IMG/VR virus record: IMGVR_UViG_3300042879_001731
DNA length: 64,000 nt
Reading direction: 5' to 3' (one strand)
Source of the DNA: an uncultured virus (IMG/VR IMGVR_UViG_3300042879_001731)
Taxonomy: Duplodnaviria > Heunggongvirae > Uroviricota > Caudoviricetes
The notes beneath the pieces are model-generated. The model was not told the DNA's origin and did not search any database. It was given only the letters and a program-made list of their open reading frames with translations. Position 1 is the stretch's first letter; the number at the start of each line of letters is the position of its first letter. This document shows, in pieces, positions 55,219 through 64,000 of this stretch. Made by a program: the position numbers and the translations under genes.

Positions 55219-56979
55219 TTATGGACAAGTATATATATCGCACACTTTACCTGTCTCACAAATCTTAATTACGTCTGATGTTCCGTATACAACATACCAT
55301 TTTCCACCTCCAAAGAATGATTCTGCACTAGCTTGATTTGTATATGTTCTTATAATATAATCACCAACAACAGGAGTGTCTCCTGCTCCATTTTGATACA
55401 ATACGCTATAAAGTGGAGAAGTGATAGCACATGCCTCTGCACTTGTGTTACCAAAGTTCTCAACGTCTATTAAGAATGGTTTGTAATTTTTTGCCGACAC
55501 TATAGATATTGTTATTGTTTCTGCTAAAGATGTTCCAAAACAATTTGTAGCTTCAACATCAAAACTAAATTCACAATCATCATTTACAACTCCAGATATG
55601 GTTCCATTTATAGTGTCAAATGATAATCCTTTTGGCAACACATATGATAAACATGGACCATTAAGTAAATAAGATCCGTCACCACCTACAATTGTAGGAG
55701 CAGCTGAAGAACATATTATTTCAGTTTGACCTATATTTACAGTTACATTTTTTGAATTTGAATTACAGTCTGTATAATTAAATACAGTTCCTGTAGTACC
55801 ACCATTCAATATATATTCATCGCATGATGTTATTATATTCCAACTTGTTGGATTATTTGTAGCTTCTAATTTTACGTTTACACTTTGCCCCAATACAAAT
55901 ACAAAAGAAGCTTCTGTAATAGTTGGAACTTCAGTCTCTTCACAATTACAGTTTCCTATATTAGCAACTATTCCATCTTCACCAACTAACGCATAAATAC
56001 CAGCATAAGAATCTGTTGTATTTATCTGATGATACGCATTATTGCCATTGTATAATATAGTACCAGCTTCACTTATTTCATATATCCTATCTCCATTGGT
56101 AGGCAATAAATTAATACCATCATGATAATACTCACCATTTGGAATTTGGGAACATACATTTGATAGATCACCATCCGTAGTGTTTATAAAAAATGGTTTT
56201 AAAGTTGGTTCTACATTTGTAATTGTAAATCCAGAATTGTTAATTGGAGCAGATACATACAACGATGCCTTTTTTGACTCTGAAAATTTATTAAACCTAA
56301 TTTGACCTGTACCATTATTAACCAATCCATCGTATGGATAAGATAGTTTTATATCTTTTGGATCTACACCAGCATCTATTAATTCATTATAATTAGAACT
56401 TGAATTTAATCCAACATACCCAGTATCACCAACAGTTGCATTATTCCATCTTAATTGATATCTAATTGGACTACTATCTGTAACATAATCAAATCCAGCT
56501 ATGCCTTTATCTGTAGAATATTCAACTTCAATAATTCTTTCTGTTTTTTTACCAGAGTATGATATTGATCCTATGTCTAATTTATCAGTATAATCCCATA
56601 TTAAATATAAATTTGGATAGTCATTTGGATTATTAAACACAAAATCACCAACGTAACCCAATGATATATTATATACAACTGGAATTTCAGTAGCTAATGA
56701 AATTATAATGTCTCTATCACTTGATTCGTAATCAATATCTGTAACCAAGTAATATACTTTATTGTTCATAGATGGATCAAACTGCCTGACAGCGTTATAA
56801 TCATTTGAGTCAAAACCAGCAACAACAGTAACCAAATCACCATCTGCAGGTATATAATCAATTCCGCCTATTCCAGTTAACGTATCGAATAACGCAATTC
56901 CAGTTTCTTGTAAAGAAACATTTTTAAAATTATAATTTGAACTTCCTGAAAATGAGAATCCTTGATTTATATTTTCCAT
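55219..56979 (-). CDS. Virion protein with putative Ig-like domains, Cys-rich
   Basis: LPKGLSFDTINGTISG (He_PIG-like). Confidence 0.6.
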   Translation of the reverse strand: MENINQGFSFSGSSNYNFKNVSLQETGIALFDTLTGIGGIDYIPADGDLVTVVAGFDSNDYNAVRQFDPSMNNKVYYLVTDIDYESSDRDIIISLATEIPVVYNISLGYVGDFVFNNPNDYPNLYLIWDYTDKLDIGSISYSGKKTERIIEVEYSTDKGIAGFDYVTDSSPIRYQLRWNNATVGDTGYVGLNSSSNYNELIDAGVDPKDIKLSYPYDGLVNNGTGQIRFNKFSESKKASLYVSAPINNSGFTITNVEPTLKPFFINTTDGDLSNVCSQIPNGEYYHDGINLLPTNGDRIYEISEAGTILYNGNNAYHQINTTDSYAGIYALVGEDGIVANIGNCNCEETEVPTITEASFVFVLGQSVNVKLEATNNPTSWNIITSCDEYILNGGTTGTVFNYTDCNSNSKNVTVNIGQTEIICSSAAPTIVGGDGSYLLNGPCLSYVLPKGLSFDTINGTISGVVNDDCEFSFDVEATNCFGTSLAETITISIVSAKNYKPFLIDVENFGNTSAEACAITSPLYSVLYQNGAGDTPVVGDYIIRTYTNQASAESFFGGGKWYVVYGTSDVIKICETGKVCDIYTCP

Positions 56980-56981
56980 AT

Positions 56982-59900
56982 TTATCCTTTTTGGAATGAT
57001 TCATTACCTGAATGAGAAACACCCATAACTATCACTTTTCCTAATCTTCCTCTAGCTTGCGTCAATATAAACTCTGCTTTCAAACCATCACAATAAGTAA
57101 CTTCAAATTTAACAGTTCTATTTAAACCTGTGTTGTTTAAAGAAACAGTGGCATTTATATCTTTTGATCCTGATCCTTCACTTGGGTAATCTGTAACCCA
57201 CTCAGTACCATATCCTGTATCAACTAAAGATAATTCCCATTCGATATCTGTATTTATGCTAAACATGTAATATCCAAGTGGTCCATTTTTTGGAACAGAG
57301 AACTTCTCTCTATTTATTGTCAATATACATGGAAGAACTCTCTGTTCGTTTGTAGACAATACATACATATTGTCATACGGATCATATGCTCCTATTTTCT
57401 GAGTAGTAGGATTGTCTTTCATCAAATCTCTAAAATAATCATTCAATCCATATGAAGATATTTCATCAATCTGATTCTCACTAAGTCTAAGCACAACGCC
57501 CCTTCTTGCATCAGTAAAAAACAATTGAGTTCCATATTTTGCAAATGACTCTGGGTTTTTACTTATGCCCCATTCTCCTGACATTGGTATTTGAGTTCCA
57601 AGCACTTCTGGTATTGTTACTATTTGACCGCCTCCTATAGAGTCAAACATTACATTTTTACCGTATAAAACATTTGATATTTTATTCTCTTGAAACACTA
57701 ATAAGTCTGTGTCTCTAGCGTATAATTTTTGAATTGAACCAAAATCTCTATCTAAATATTTAAAGTTTGAAAGAGATAAATTAAATTCATTTAGTCTATT
57801 CAGTGCAGTATTATATTGATAAACGCCACTATAGCAAATAGACGCTTCGTTTCTTATTTGTTTATAATTTTCTATTGGAACTTGAACTCTTACACTAAAT
57901 CCTTTTGTTGTTTGATTAAAGTCATCGTATATTCTATCTGATTCCAATCCATTCCCCCATGACCATCCATTATTATCAGTATTAAATGACATAGGTTTGT
58001 TTATTTCTATTTTTGCAGGTGTTGTTGCGTCATCTTGATCTTGTTCTTCTGTATTAAAAAACGAAACAGTACCAGGAGTCTCTGGCCCAGATCCTGGCCA
58101 TGGAGCATCTATAACTATAGTATATAAGTCAGGAACTTGAGTTACAGTCCAAGTATCATTAAGACCTGGTATTTCAGTTACAACATTTACTTTATCGCCT
58201 ACATTAAAATAATGAGGAACAGTTTTATCAAATTGAACAAGTTTGGTATATTCACCATCTGCAAACTGAAAATCATTGTAATGCCAAAGTACTATATGTT
58301 TCCCATCTACTATTGGATAAGTTTGAAACAATTCGTGATATATGTCTGAATCGTCTTCAATTGCAGATGTTTCACAAATATTTAAATTTTGCTGTTGTGT
58401 AATCTTGAAATTAACAACAAGCTTATTTTGTTTGTTATTATCTTGACCTGGACCACTATAAAAGGAAGCTGCTGTAGATCCATCATTTCCTGGGTTTGCA
58501 GGTACATCTGAGAATATAAACATTCTTACTGGCCACTCAGAATTGCTCAAATTATCTATATCTCCTATTATGTTATTTGAATTAAATGTTGTGTTAACAC
58601 CTGGAACTAATTGCCAATTTTTACCTCTTCTGAATACAACTCTTGATCCTTTTTTATTTTGTCCGTCTGTTCCTATATAATTAAATAAATTTCTCGCTCC
58701 AGATTCATACCACCACTCTTCTATATTATCATAATCTTGAGGAGACGGTGGAAATGGAATTTCTGGTTGCGTAAATCCTCCTGGATTATATGTATCCTCT
58801 ACAACTTGAATTCTTATTAGTGCACCTGTCAATATTTTTTTATCATTTGGAGGAGCATCATTCAACCATGTACTTGGTATTACTGCTGCACAATTGTTTT
58901 TTAAAATATAACTAGGAACTATAGCATTACTACTTACATGACCTAATTGACTTACTATATCATTAAAAGAAGCTCTACAATTAAAAATCCATCTATCACC
59001 AACATTATATGTAGATTGATTGAATATCACATTAAAATAATATGCAATATTTGTTGACACTCCTTCAGATATAGGTATATCAGATTCAATAAGTACATTA
59101 TTATTTTGAAGAGTATATTTGTTTATTGAATTTTTATATACAGAGTAAGTTGTAGGGCTATCTATTTGTATGGTTATCCTAGTATCTTCATTATCATCAT
59201 TATAATATTTTGCATATGATAATCCAAGAGTATTTGGAAGAGATATTCCATTTGAGTTTCCACTTCCATAAAATATTGGTCTTTCAACCCAACTTTCAGT
59301 AGGATAATTGCCTGGTGTTTGATATAATGTAAATGGAGACATTGGAATTATTGGAAGTGACGACAAAGGAGTCACCGCGCCTCCACCAATTCCAGTGGAT
59401 GAAGACGAATCTACATTAGATCCTGATAGTTCATTAGGAGTGTCTATTTTTATTTTAAAGTATAATCCAGCAATAGCATTAGATACAAAACCCTCAGGTT
59501 TTACTTCTATTTCTAATATCTTGTATTTTTTATTTGAATATGTAGGCCCTGAAGATATAGATTTAAAAATTACATATTCTCCAACTTGTATTTTACTTGC
59601 ATCCGATTCATTTATTAAAAAATATTTAAATAAATTATCAGTATATGAAATTATTGGAAATACATTATAATATGATTTTTTGCTTTGTTTTACATATACC
59701 CTATAATGTGTAGCCCAACAAGGTGGATTATTTTTTATGCTTAATACAATAGTATTTGATTTATCTGAATATAATGAAGGTATATATGTTGTATTACCAG
59801 TTAAATTACTAGGATATAATGGAGGAGCCGTAAGGACAGTTGACATTCTACCATATTTATCAAGATAAACTAATCCAATCTCGTAATCTCTATCTGATCT

Positions 59901-61073
59901 CCATGTAGATTTTGGATTTTCCTCATCAGAACTGCTCTGCTTTAATGTTAATGTATAATTTATATTTATATCATTGCCAAAGCAATCTACTATGTTTCTG
60001 AATTGAACATAATTACCATATGCTAATCTATTTCCTACTATATCTTGTGATTTAGCAAGCAAAGGGACATTGTCATATAGCCTAGTCACTTGATCATTTG
60101 GAAGTGCCGCATATACCTTGTTGTTGTTGAATGAAATAGTATATGACGAATCGTCCGGTATCTGAAGTTCAGATTTTGATATTGTATCTATAATACTAGT
60201 ATTTATATTTTTTGTGTCCTTTACAAATACTTGTATTTCTTTTACAAATTCATTTCCAGTCTCAATGGTTAATTTAACTGAATTGTAAAAGTTAGTCATT
60301 GACTTATTGTTTCCTACTCCGTAATCATAATTATATGACTTCGGCATAAATGCAACAGCCGAAAATGGAGACATTGAACTATATTGATCGTCAACATACT
60401 TATATCTATATGAAAAATATAGAAATTTCTCTGATATATTATTTGTGTTGTATACACTTAAATCATTATATAAATAAATACTTGGAGCAAACAAAGGCGG
60501 CTCTAGTACAACATCTATATCTTTATCTATTCTAGGGTCATCTATTTGATATCCTGAAGTTCCAGTGGGGTCAGATTTTACTCTAGTAATATTTATTCTT
60601 CTTGGAGGATTATAATTATCAGTCCAATATAAATAGTTGTTCTCATCATTTCCTCTTATGAAATTAACTCCTGTAATAGGAAATTCTTTTCTAAAATTAA
60701 GTTTTGACGGAGTCTCTTGGTTCAATTTGTTTGATTGTAAAACTCTTACAGCAATACCTGTAGGTTCATCATATTCATATATGCCATCAAATAAATCTCC
60801 AGCTACAAACCAATATATTTTACTGAATGCTTCATATTCAACACACCCAATAGTCTTTGCTGTATCTTCGTCTAATTGCTCAAATCCAGCTAAAGTACCA
60901 ATATCAACAACACGAGAGTTGCCCATTTTATTTTTAGCAACACCAGCATCTTCTCCCTTGCTTACGTTTACATCTATATTTAAAGCATCGCGATATTGAT
61001 TCTTTGGCATTAACCTCTCATCGAGGTCTTTATTCATTGAACCACTAATAAACGTATTATTAAATTCCGGCAT
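56982..61073 (-). CDS. Tail stabilisation/nozzle protein (P22 gp10/crAss muzzle-like), N-terminal part
   Basis: MNKDLDERL...YRDALNI, WTDNYNPPRRINI, GSIQKL, GISKNPESF, FTDARRG; C-terminal BACON-like domain. Confidence 0.75.
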   Translation of the reverse strand: MPEFNNTFISGSMNKDLDERLMPKNQYRDALNIDVNVSKGEDAGVAKNKMGNSRVVDIGTLAGFEQLDEDTAKTIGCVEYEAFSKIYWFVAGDLFDGIYEYDEPTGIAVRVLQSNKLNQETPSKLNFRKEFPITGVNFIRGNDENNYLYWTDNYNPPRRINITRVKSDPTGTSGYQIDDPRIDKDIDVVLEPPLFAPSIYLYNDLSVYNTNNISEKFLYFSYRYKYVDDQYSSMSPFSAVAFMPKSYNYDYGVGNNKSMTNFYNSVKLTIETGNEFVKEIQVFVKDTKNINTSIIDTISKSELQIPDDSSYTISFNNNKVYAALPNDQVTRLYDNVPLLAKSQDIVGNRLAYGNYVQFRNIVDCFGNDININYTLTLKQSSSDEENPKSTWRSDRDYEIGLVYLDKYGRMSTVLTAPPLYPSNLTGNTTYIPSLYSDKSNTIVLSIKNNPPCWATHYRVYVKQSKKSYYNVFPIISYTDNLFKYFLINESDASKIQVGEYVIFKSISSGPTYSNKKYKILEIEVKPEGFVSNAIAGLYFKIKIDTPNELSGSNVDSSSSTGIGGGAVTPLSSLPIIPMSPFTLYQTPGNYPTESWVERPIFYGSGNSNGISLPNTLGLSYAKYYNDDNEDTRITIQIDSPTTYSVYKNSINKYTLQNNNVLIESDIPISEGVSTNIAYYFNVIFNQSTYNVGDRWIFNCRASFNDIVSQLGHVSSNAIVPSYILKNNCAAVIPSTWLNDAPPNDKKILTGALIRIQVVEDTYNPGGFTQPEIPFPPSPQDYDNIEEWWYESGARNLFNYIGTDGQNKKGSRVVFRRGKNWQLVPGVNTTFNSNNIIGDIDNLSNSEWPVRMFIFSDVPANPGNDGSTAASFYSGPGQDNNKQNKLVVNFKITQQQNLNICETSAIEDDSDIYHELFQTYPIVDGKHIVLWHYNDFQFADGEYTKLVQFDKTVPHYFNVGDKVNVVTEIPGLNDTWTVTQVPDLYTIVIDAPWPGSGPETPGTVSFFNTEEQDQDDATTPAKIEINKPMSFNTDNNGWSWGNGLESDRIYDDFNQTTKGFSVRVQVPIENYKQIRNEASICYSGVYQYNTALNRLNEFNLSLSNFKYLDRDFGSIQKLYARDTDLLVFQENKISNVLYGKNVMFDSIGGGQIVTIPEVLGTQIPMSGEWGISKNPESFAKYGTQLFFTDARRGVVLRLSENQIDEISSYGLNDYFRDLMKDNPTTQKIGAYDPYDNMYVLSTNEQRVLPCILTINREKFSVPKNGPLGYYMFSINTDIEWELSLVDTGYGTEWVTDYPSEGSGSKDINATVSLNNTGLNRTVKFEVTYCDGLKAEFILTQARGRLGKVIVMGVSHSGNESFQKG

Positions 61074-61075
61074 GT

Positions 61076-61984
61076 CTATTTAATTATTTTCCCTTGACCC
61101 CTTAAAGACATTATTAATCTAGAAGGATGAATATTAGACAATCTTAATTTAGCATTTCTAAGTAGTGAAGATTTTTTCTTTTCAGCTCTTCTTATAATGT
61201 ACTCTTGAACGGCATATTTATTGTCAAGTATAGCCCATTTGATATATGCATATAAAAAGTCTTCTGCAAATTTATGAACTGATACTTTATCGTCATCTCC
61301 ATTTTCTAATCCATCAGATACATATTCAATAACAATAAGTTGGTTTCTTGCACCAGAACTAAAATCAAATACACCTTGATCTTTACTAACAGTAAATGTA
61401 GGATTCTGATTAGCTATTTCAGGATCAAGTCCATATCTTCCTCCAACCTTATAACCAAAATACCATCTATTTTCATAACACCACCCCCAACATCCATCAT
61501 AAGCAGATGGACCAAAATATTGAGTCATCTGACCAGTTTTTATTTCAAGAACAGATGTTCCTGTAATTATTTCTCCGTCCTGATCAAATAGTATTTCATT
61601 ATTGTTATCCTGTAAATATGCAACAGCAGTTTGTGTTTGTCTATTTTCATGCATTGGATATAGAACACCCTCTACATTAATAGAGATACGAACGTAATTT
61701 ACATAGTCAGGAGGCATAACTAATTTAAGACTATCTCCAAGATATATCTCAACTTTTTTTATAGATCTTGCGGCATCATAATTCAATTCTTGTATGCCTC
61801 TTTTTGCGTGAAAAACAACTTCATGTCTTTTTACATTGTTAAGTAACTTATCGTCACCTATATTCATTAACATGAAATTATTTACAATGTCAGAAATTGA
61901 CACATATTGATACGATCCCCAATTTGTATCTGTAGGCGCATTGCCCCCATTGTTGTAGTATTGTTCGTTACTTATGTATGGCAT
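61076..61984 (-). CDS. Tail ring/adaptor protein
   Basis: HAKRGIQELNYD, PPDYVNYVRIS, EYVSDG. Confidence 0.65.
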   Translation of the reverse strand: MPYISNEQYYNNGGNAPTDTNWGSYQYVSISDIVNNFMLMNIGDDKLLNNVKRHEVVFHAKRGIQELNYDAARSIKKVEIYLGDSLKLVMPPDYVNYVRISINVEGVLYPMHENRQTQTAVAYLQDNNNEILFDQDGEIITGTSVLEIKTGQMTQYFGPSAYDGCWGWCYENRWYFGYKVGGRYGLDPEIANQNPTFTVSKDQGVFDFSSGARNQLIVIEYVSDGLENGDDDKVSVHKFAEDFLYAYIKWAILDNKYAVQEYIIRRAEKKKSSLLRNAKLRLSNIHPSRLIMSLRGQGKIIK

Positions 61985-61987
61985 ATA

Positions 61988-62725
61988 TTAGTTTTTTAAT
62001 TGGACTCCTTGCATTTCCTTAGAGTCCATTATTTGAACTACGTCATTTTCTCCAATAGATACACCTGCATATTGTAATATCTTAATTGCAACTTTTGGCA
62101 TGTCACTTAATGGCAATTCAAAATCTTGATAATCTGTGGCAGAAGCAGTAAATAAAGGCTCTCCACCAGATAGAGACACATATGTCCATTTAGGATCTTT
62201 TGGATGCCTAACATATGCCATTGTTACATCATCTATAATACTTGAAGGATATACACTTATACTTGCTGTATCAAATGTGTTATAATCATTTAATGTATAT
62301 ACTGGATATCTTTCTGTAGGAGCAACAAGATTTGAATTTATTAAATATAATATTTTATTAAATGAAATCTTTTCTATCTCAGTATTATTATTGTATGTTA
62401 ATCTTATAGCCTGGTATTGTTTTGGTGTAAGAATATCATTGTCGCCAGGAGCATAGAACTTATTAGATATAGTGTCATATGTCAACGTAATATTTACTAA
62501 AAATCTATCTATAACTTCAGCTAGTCTTTCAGGTATATCTGAATATCCTGAATTTTCTAACCTTGCATTTCTTTTATTAAGATGATTACTATAGTTATAA
62601 AAATACTGTTCAAATATTTCTAATTGAGCTTGTTTAGCAAATAGGTTAAATTCCTCCGGAGTAACATACCCTCTATTGTCTTTGCTTAATACAGACAATA
62701 CAGTATTTCTAACATCGTTAATCAT
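61988..62725 (-). CDS. Tail tubular A/ring protein
   Basis: KDNRGYVTPEEFNLFAKQAQ, YVRHPKDPKW, DFELP. Confidence 0.65.
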   Translation of the reverse strand: MINDVRNTVLSVLSKDNRGYVTPEEFNLFAKQAQLEIFEQYFYNYSNHLNKRNARLENSGYSDIPERLAEVIDRFLVNITLTYDTISNKFYAPGDNDILTPKQYQAIRLTYNNNTEIEKISFNKILYLINSNLVAPTERYPVYTLNDYNTFDTASISVYPSSIIDDVTMAYVRHPKDPKWTYVSLSGGEPLFTASATDYQDFELPLSDMPKVAIKILQYAGVSIGENDVVQIMDSKEMQGVQLKN

Positions 62726-62739
62726 AATGCAAAGATAAT

Positions 62740-62769
62740 AAAAAAGGCACTAACAATTAGTGCCCTTTA
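62740..62769 (-). terminator. Rho-independent terminator
   Basis: ggcactaa/ttagtgcc stem with A-run on +. Confidence 0.75.
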
Positions 62770-62794
62770 TTACCATGTTGTTATATATGCAGTA

Positions 62795-63415
62795 TTAGTT
62801 ATATACTCTTATTTCTATCGGAGTATTATATAGTAGTTCATTTAAATTTCCACTAACCAATCCTGTTCTTATATAAACATTTCCAAGTTCAACAAATGTT
62901 GAAAATTGATTTGACACACTGCCTGTTTGGTTTATTAATACAAAAGTCTTATTAGAATCAAAATCACCATTTATTACGTATGCACCATTTGATTCATAAT
63001 CATATGTTACATCAAAATCTAAAGTATTCTCCAAAACTGTTGCTACTGGGGTTCCTGTGTTGTAATCTAGCTGTCCATCAATACCCCAACTTGCAGGAGT
63101 AGTGCCTGTAGCAACAAATTTTGTTCCTATATTATTATTAGGTGCACCTACATTTGTGAAATCCCAATTACTACCTGCATTATCAATTATTTCATAAGTA
63201 ACTCCTATTGTTAAATCACCTGTCCCAATACTCATAACATCATCTCCACCACTTTGTGTTAATAAAGCTGCGTAAACCTTATAAGGTCTAGATGCATAAA
63301 TTATGTCCTCAATGGTGCAAATTTCTGTATTTTCATTTATAACTGCAGATTTTGTCTCTGTTAAATTTACAGAAGGTGATGCTCCTATGAATTTTGTTCC
63401 TTGCTTGATTGCCAT
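62795..63415 (-). CDS. Putative virion decoration protein
   Basis: YKVYAALLTQSG...IEIRVY; own promoter and terminator. Confidence 0.6.
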   Translation of the reverse strand: MAIKQGTKFIGASPSVNLTETKSAVINENTEICTIEDIIYASRPYKVYAALLTQSGGDDVMSIGTGDLTIGVTYEIIDNAGSNWDFTNVGAPNNNIGTKFVATGTTPASWGIDGQLDYNTGTPVATVLENTLDFDVTYDYESNGAYVINGDFDSNKTFVLINQTGSVSNQFSTFVELGNVYIRTGLVSGNLNELLYNTPIEIRVYN

Positions 63416-63492
63416 ATTTATATTTTTTTTGCAAAGATAACAAAAAAGGGTCAACAAAATGTCAACCCTTTACTATGGATATATATGAATTA

Positions 63493-64000
63493 TTATGATT
63501 CGTATTCTCTCAATAGAAATTTATATGACTCTTGACCTTCCTCTGTTTTTAACCATGCGGATAGTGCTGTTTCTGGAGTCTCATTCAGTGGAACAGAAAA
63601 CGCACGTTTTCTATTATCTTTTAAGTTAAAATGAACATCTCTTCCATGATTTCTAGTGGCAAAATAGCCATCTTTAAATGCACGAAATGCTATATCTTCA
63701 ATTACTAATTCAGGATCTTCTAAAGAGTCCATAAAGTCTTGAGGATATGCCTCAGCAATATTCATAATTTCCCATTTTAGTTCACTTGATGACATCTTAT
63801 CTGTATTTTTACCTGTAAATACACGAATAACTGAAGCCATTCTATCTGGAGTCAATGATCTAGCTGCAATTTTAGCATCAAGAACAAGATCTTCATTTTT
63901 AAGTTTTTCTTCAGCATCTTTAGCTGGATCCCATTCGAAAAATACATCTCCATTTTCTGGATGCAATTTTAAGAATTCATATAAAACAGGATTCTTATCT
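63493..64000 (-). CDS. Structural-module protein, 5'-truncated by the window edge
   Basis: Frame open to the window end. Confidence 0.6.
   Translation of the reverse strand, partial: DKNPVLYEFLKLHPENGDVFFEWDPAKDAEEKLKNEDLVLDAKIAARSLTPDRMASVIRVFTGKNTDKMSSSELKWEIMNIAEAYPQDFMDSLEDPELVIEDIAFRAFKDGYFATRNHGRDVHFNLKDNRKRAFSVPLNETPETALSAWLKTEEGQESYKFLLREYES

Noticed and set aside
44805..60999. Many + strand ORFs opposite the virion genes, and - strand ORFs in 1-44500
   Set aside because: Antisense shadows of long genes with no motifs or start context
1..64000. tRNA, rRNA, DNA polymerase or virion RNA polymerase genes
   Set aside because: No cloverleaf with a T-loop, polymerase motifs or DxDxD RNAP motif recognised by eye

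Overview
AT-rich tailed-phage DNA from a Bacteroidota host (recurrent TAnnTTTG promoters, A-rich translation starts, DUF3127- and BT4734-like genes). The window appears to hold two different phages joined at a shared ~240-bp repeat. Segment A (1-30658) looks like a complete circularly closed ~30.7-kb siphovirus-type genome: recombination, replication, ECF-like sigma, terminase, tail, capsid, portal and lysis genes, all on +. Segment B (~30786-64000) is part of a podovirus-like genome: a + strand replication arm with a Tad1-like anti-defence gene, converging on a - strand virion arm with a ~2560-aa polyvalent protein. The most striking signal is a family of seven TAAC...GTTA hairpin sites forming integron-like single-gene cassette arrays in both phages (5740-7156 and 39608-40466, plus an apparently empty site at 32039-32105). 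Each cassette has matched inverted ends, and no integrase is present. Other highlights: a 42-nt stop-plus-hairpin insert inside the TerL Walker A motif (possible translational bypass), four precisely spaced putative phage-sigma late promoters, an HNH insertion that replaced an exonuclease N-terminus, two structured RNA leaders, and a small gene nested out of frame in the giant gene. All family calls come from motif recognition by eye; no database searches were run.
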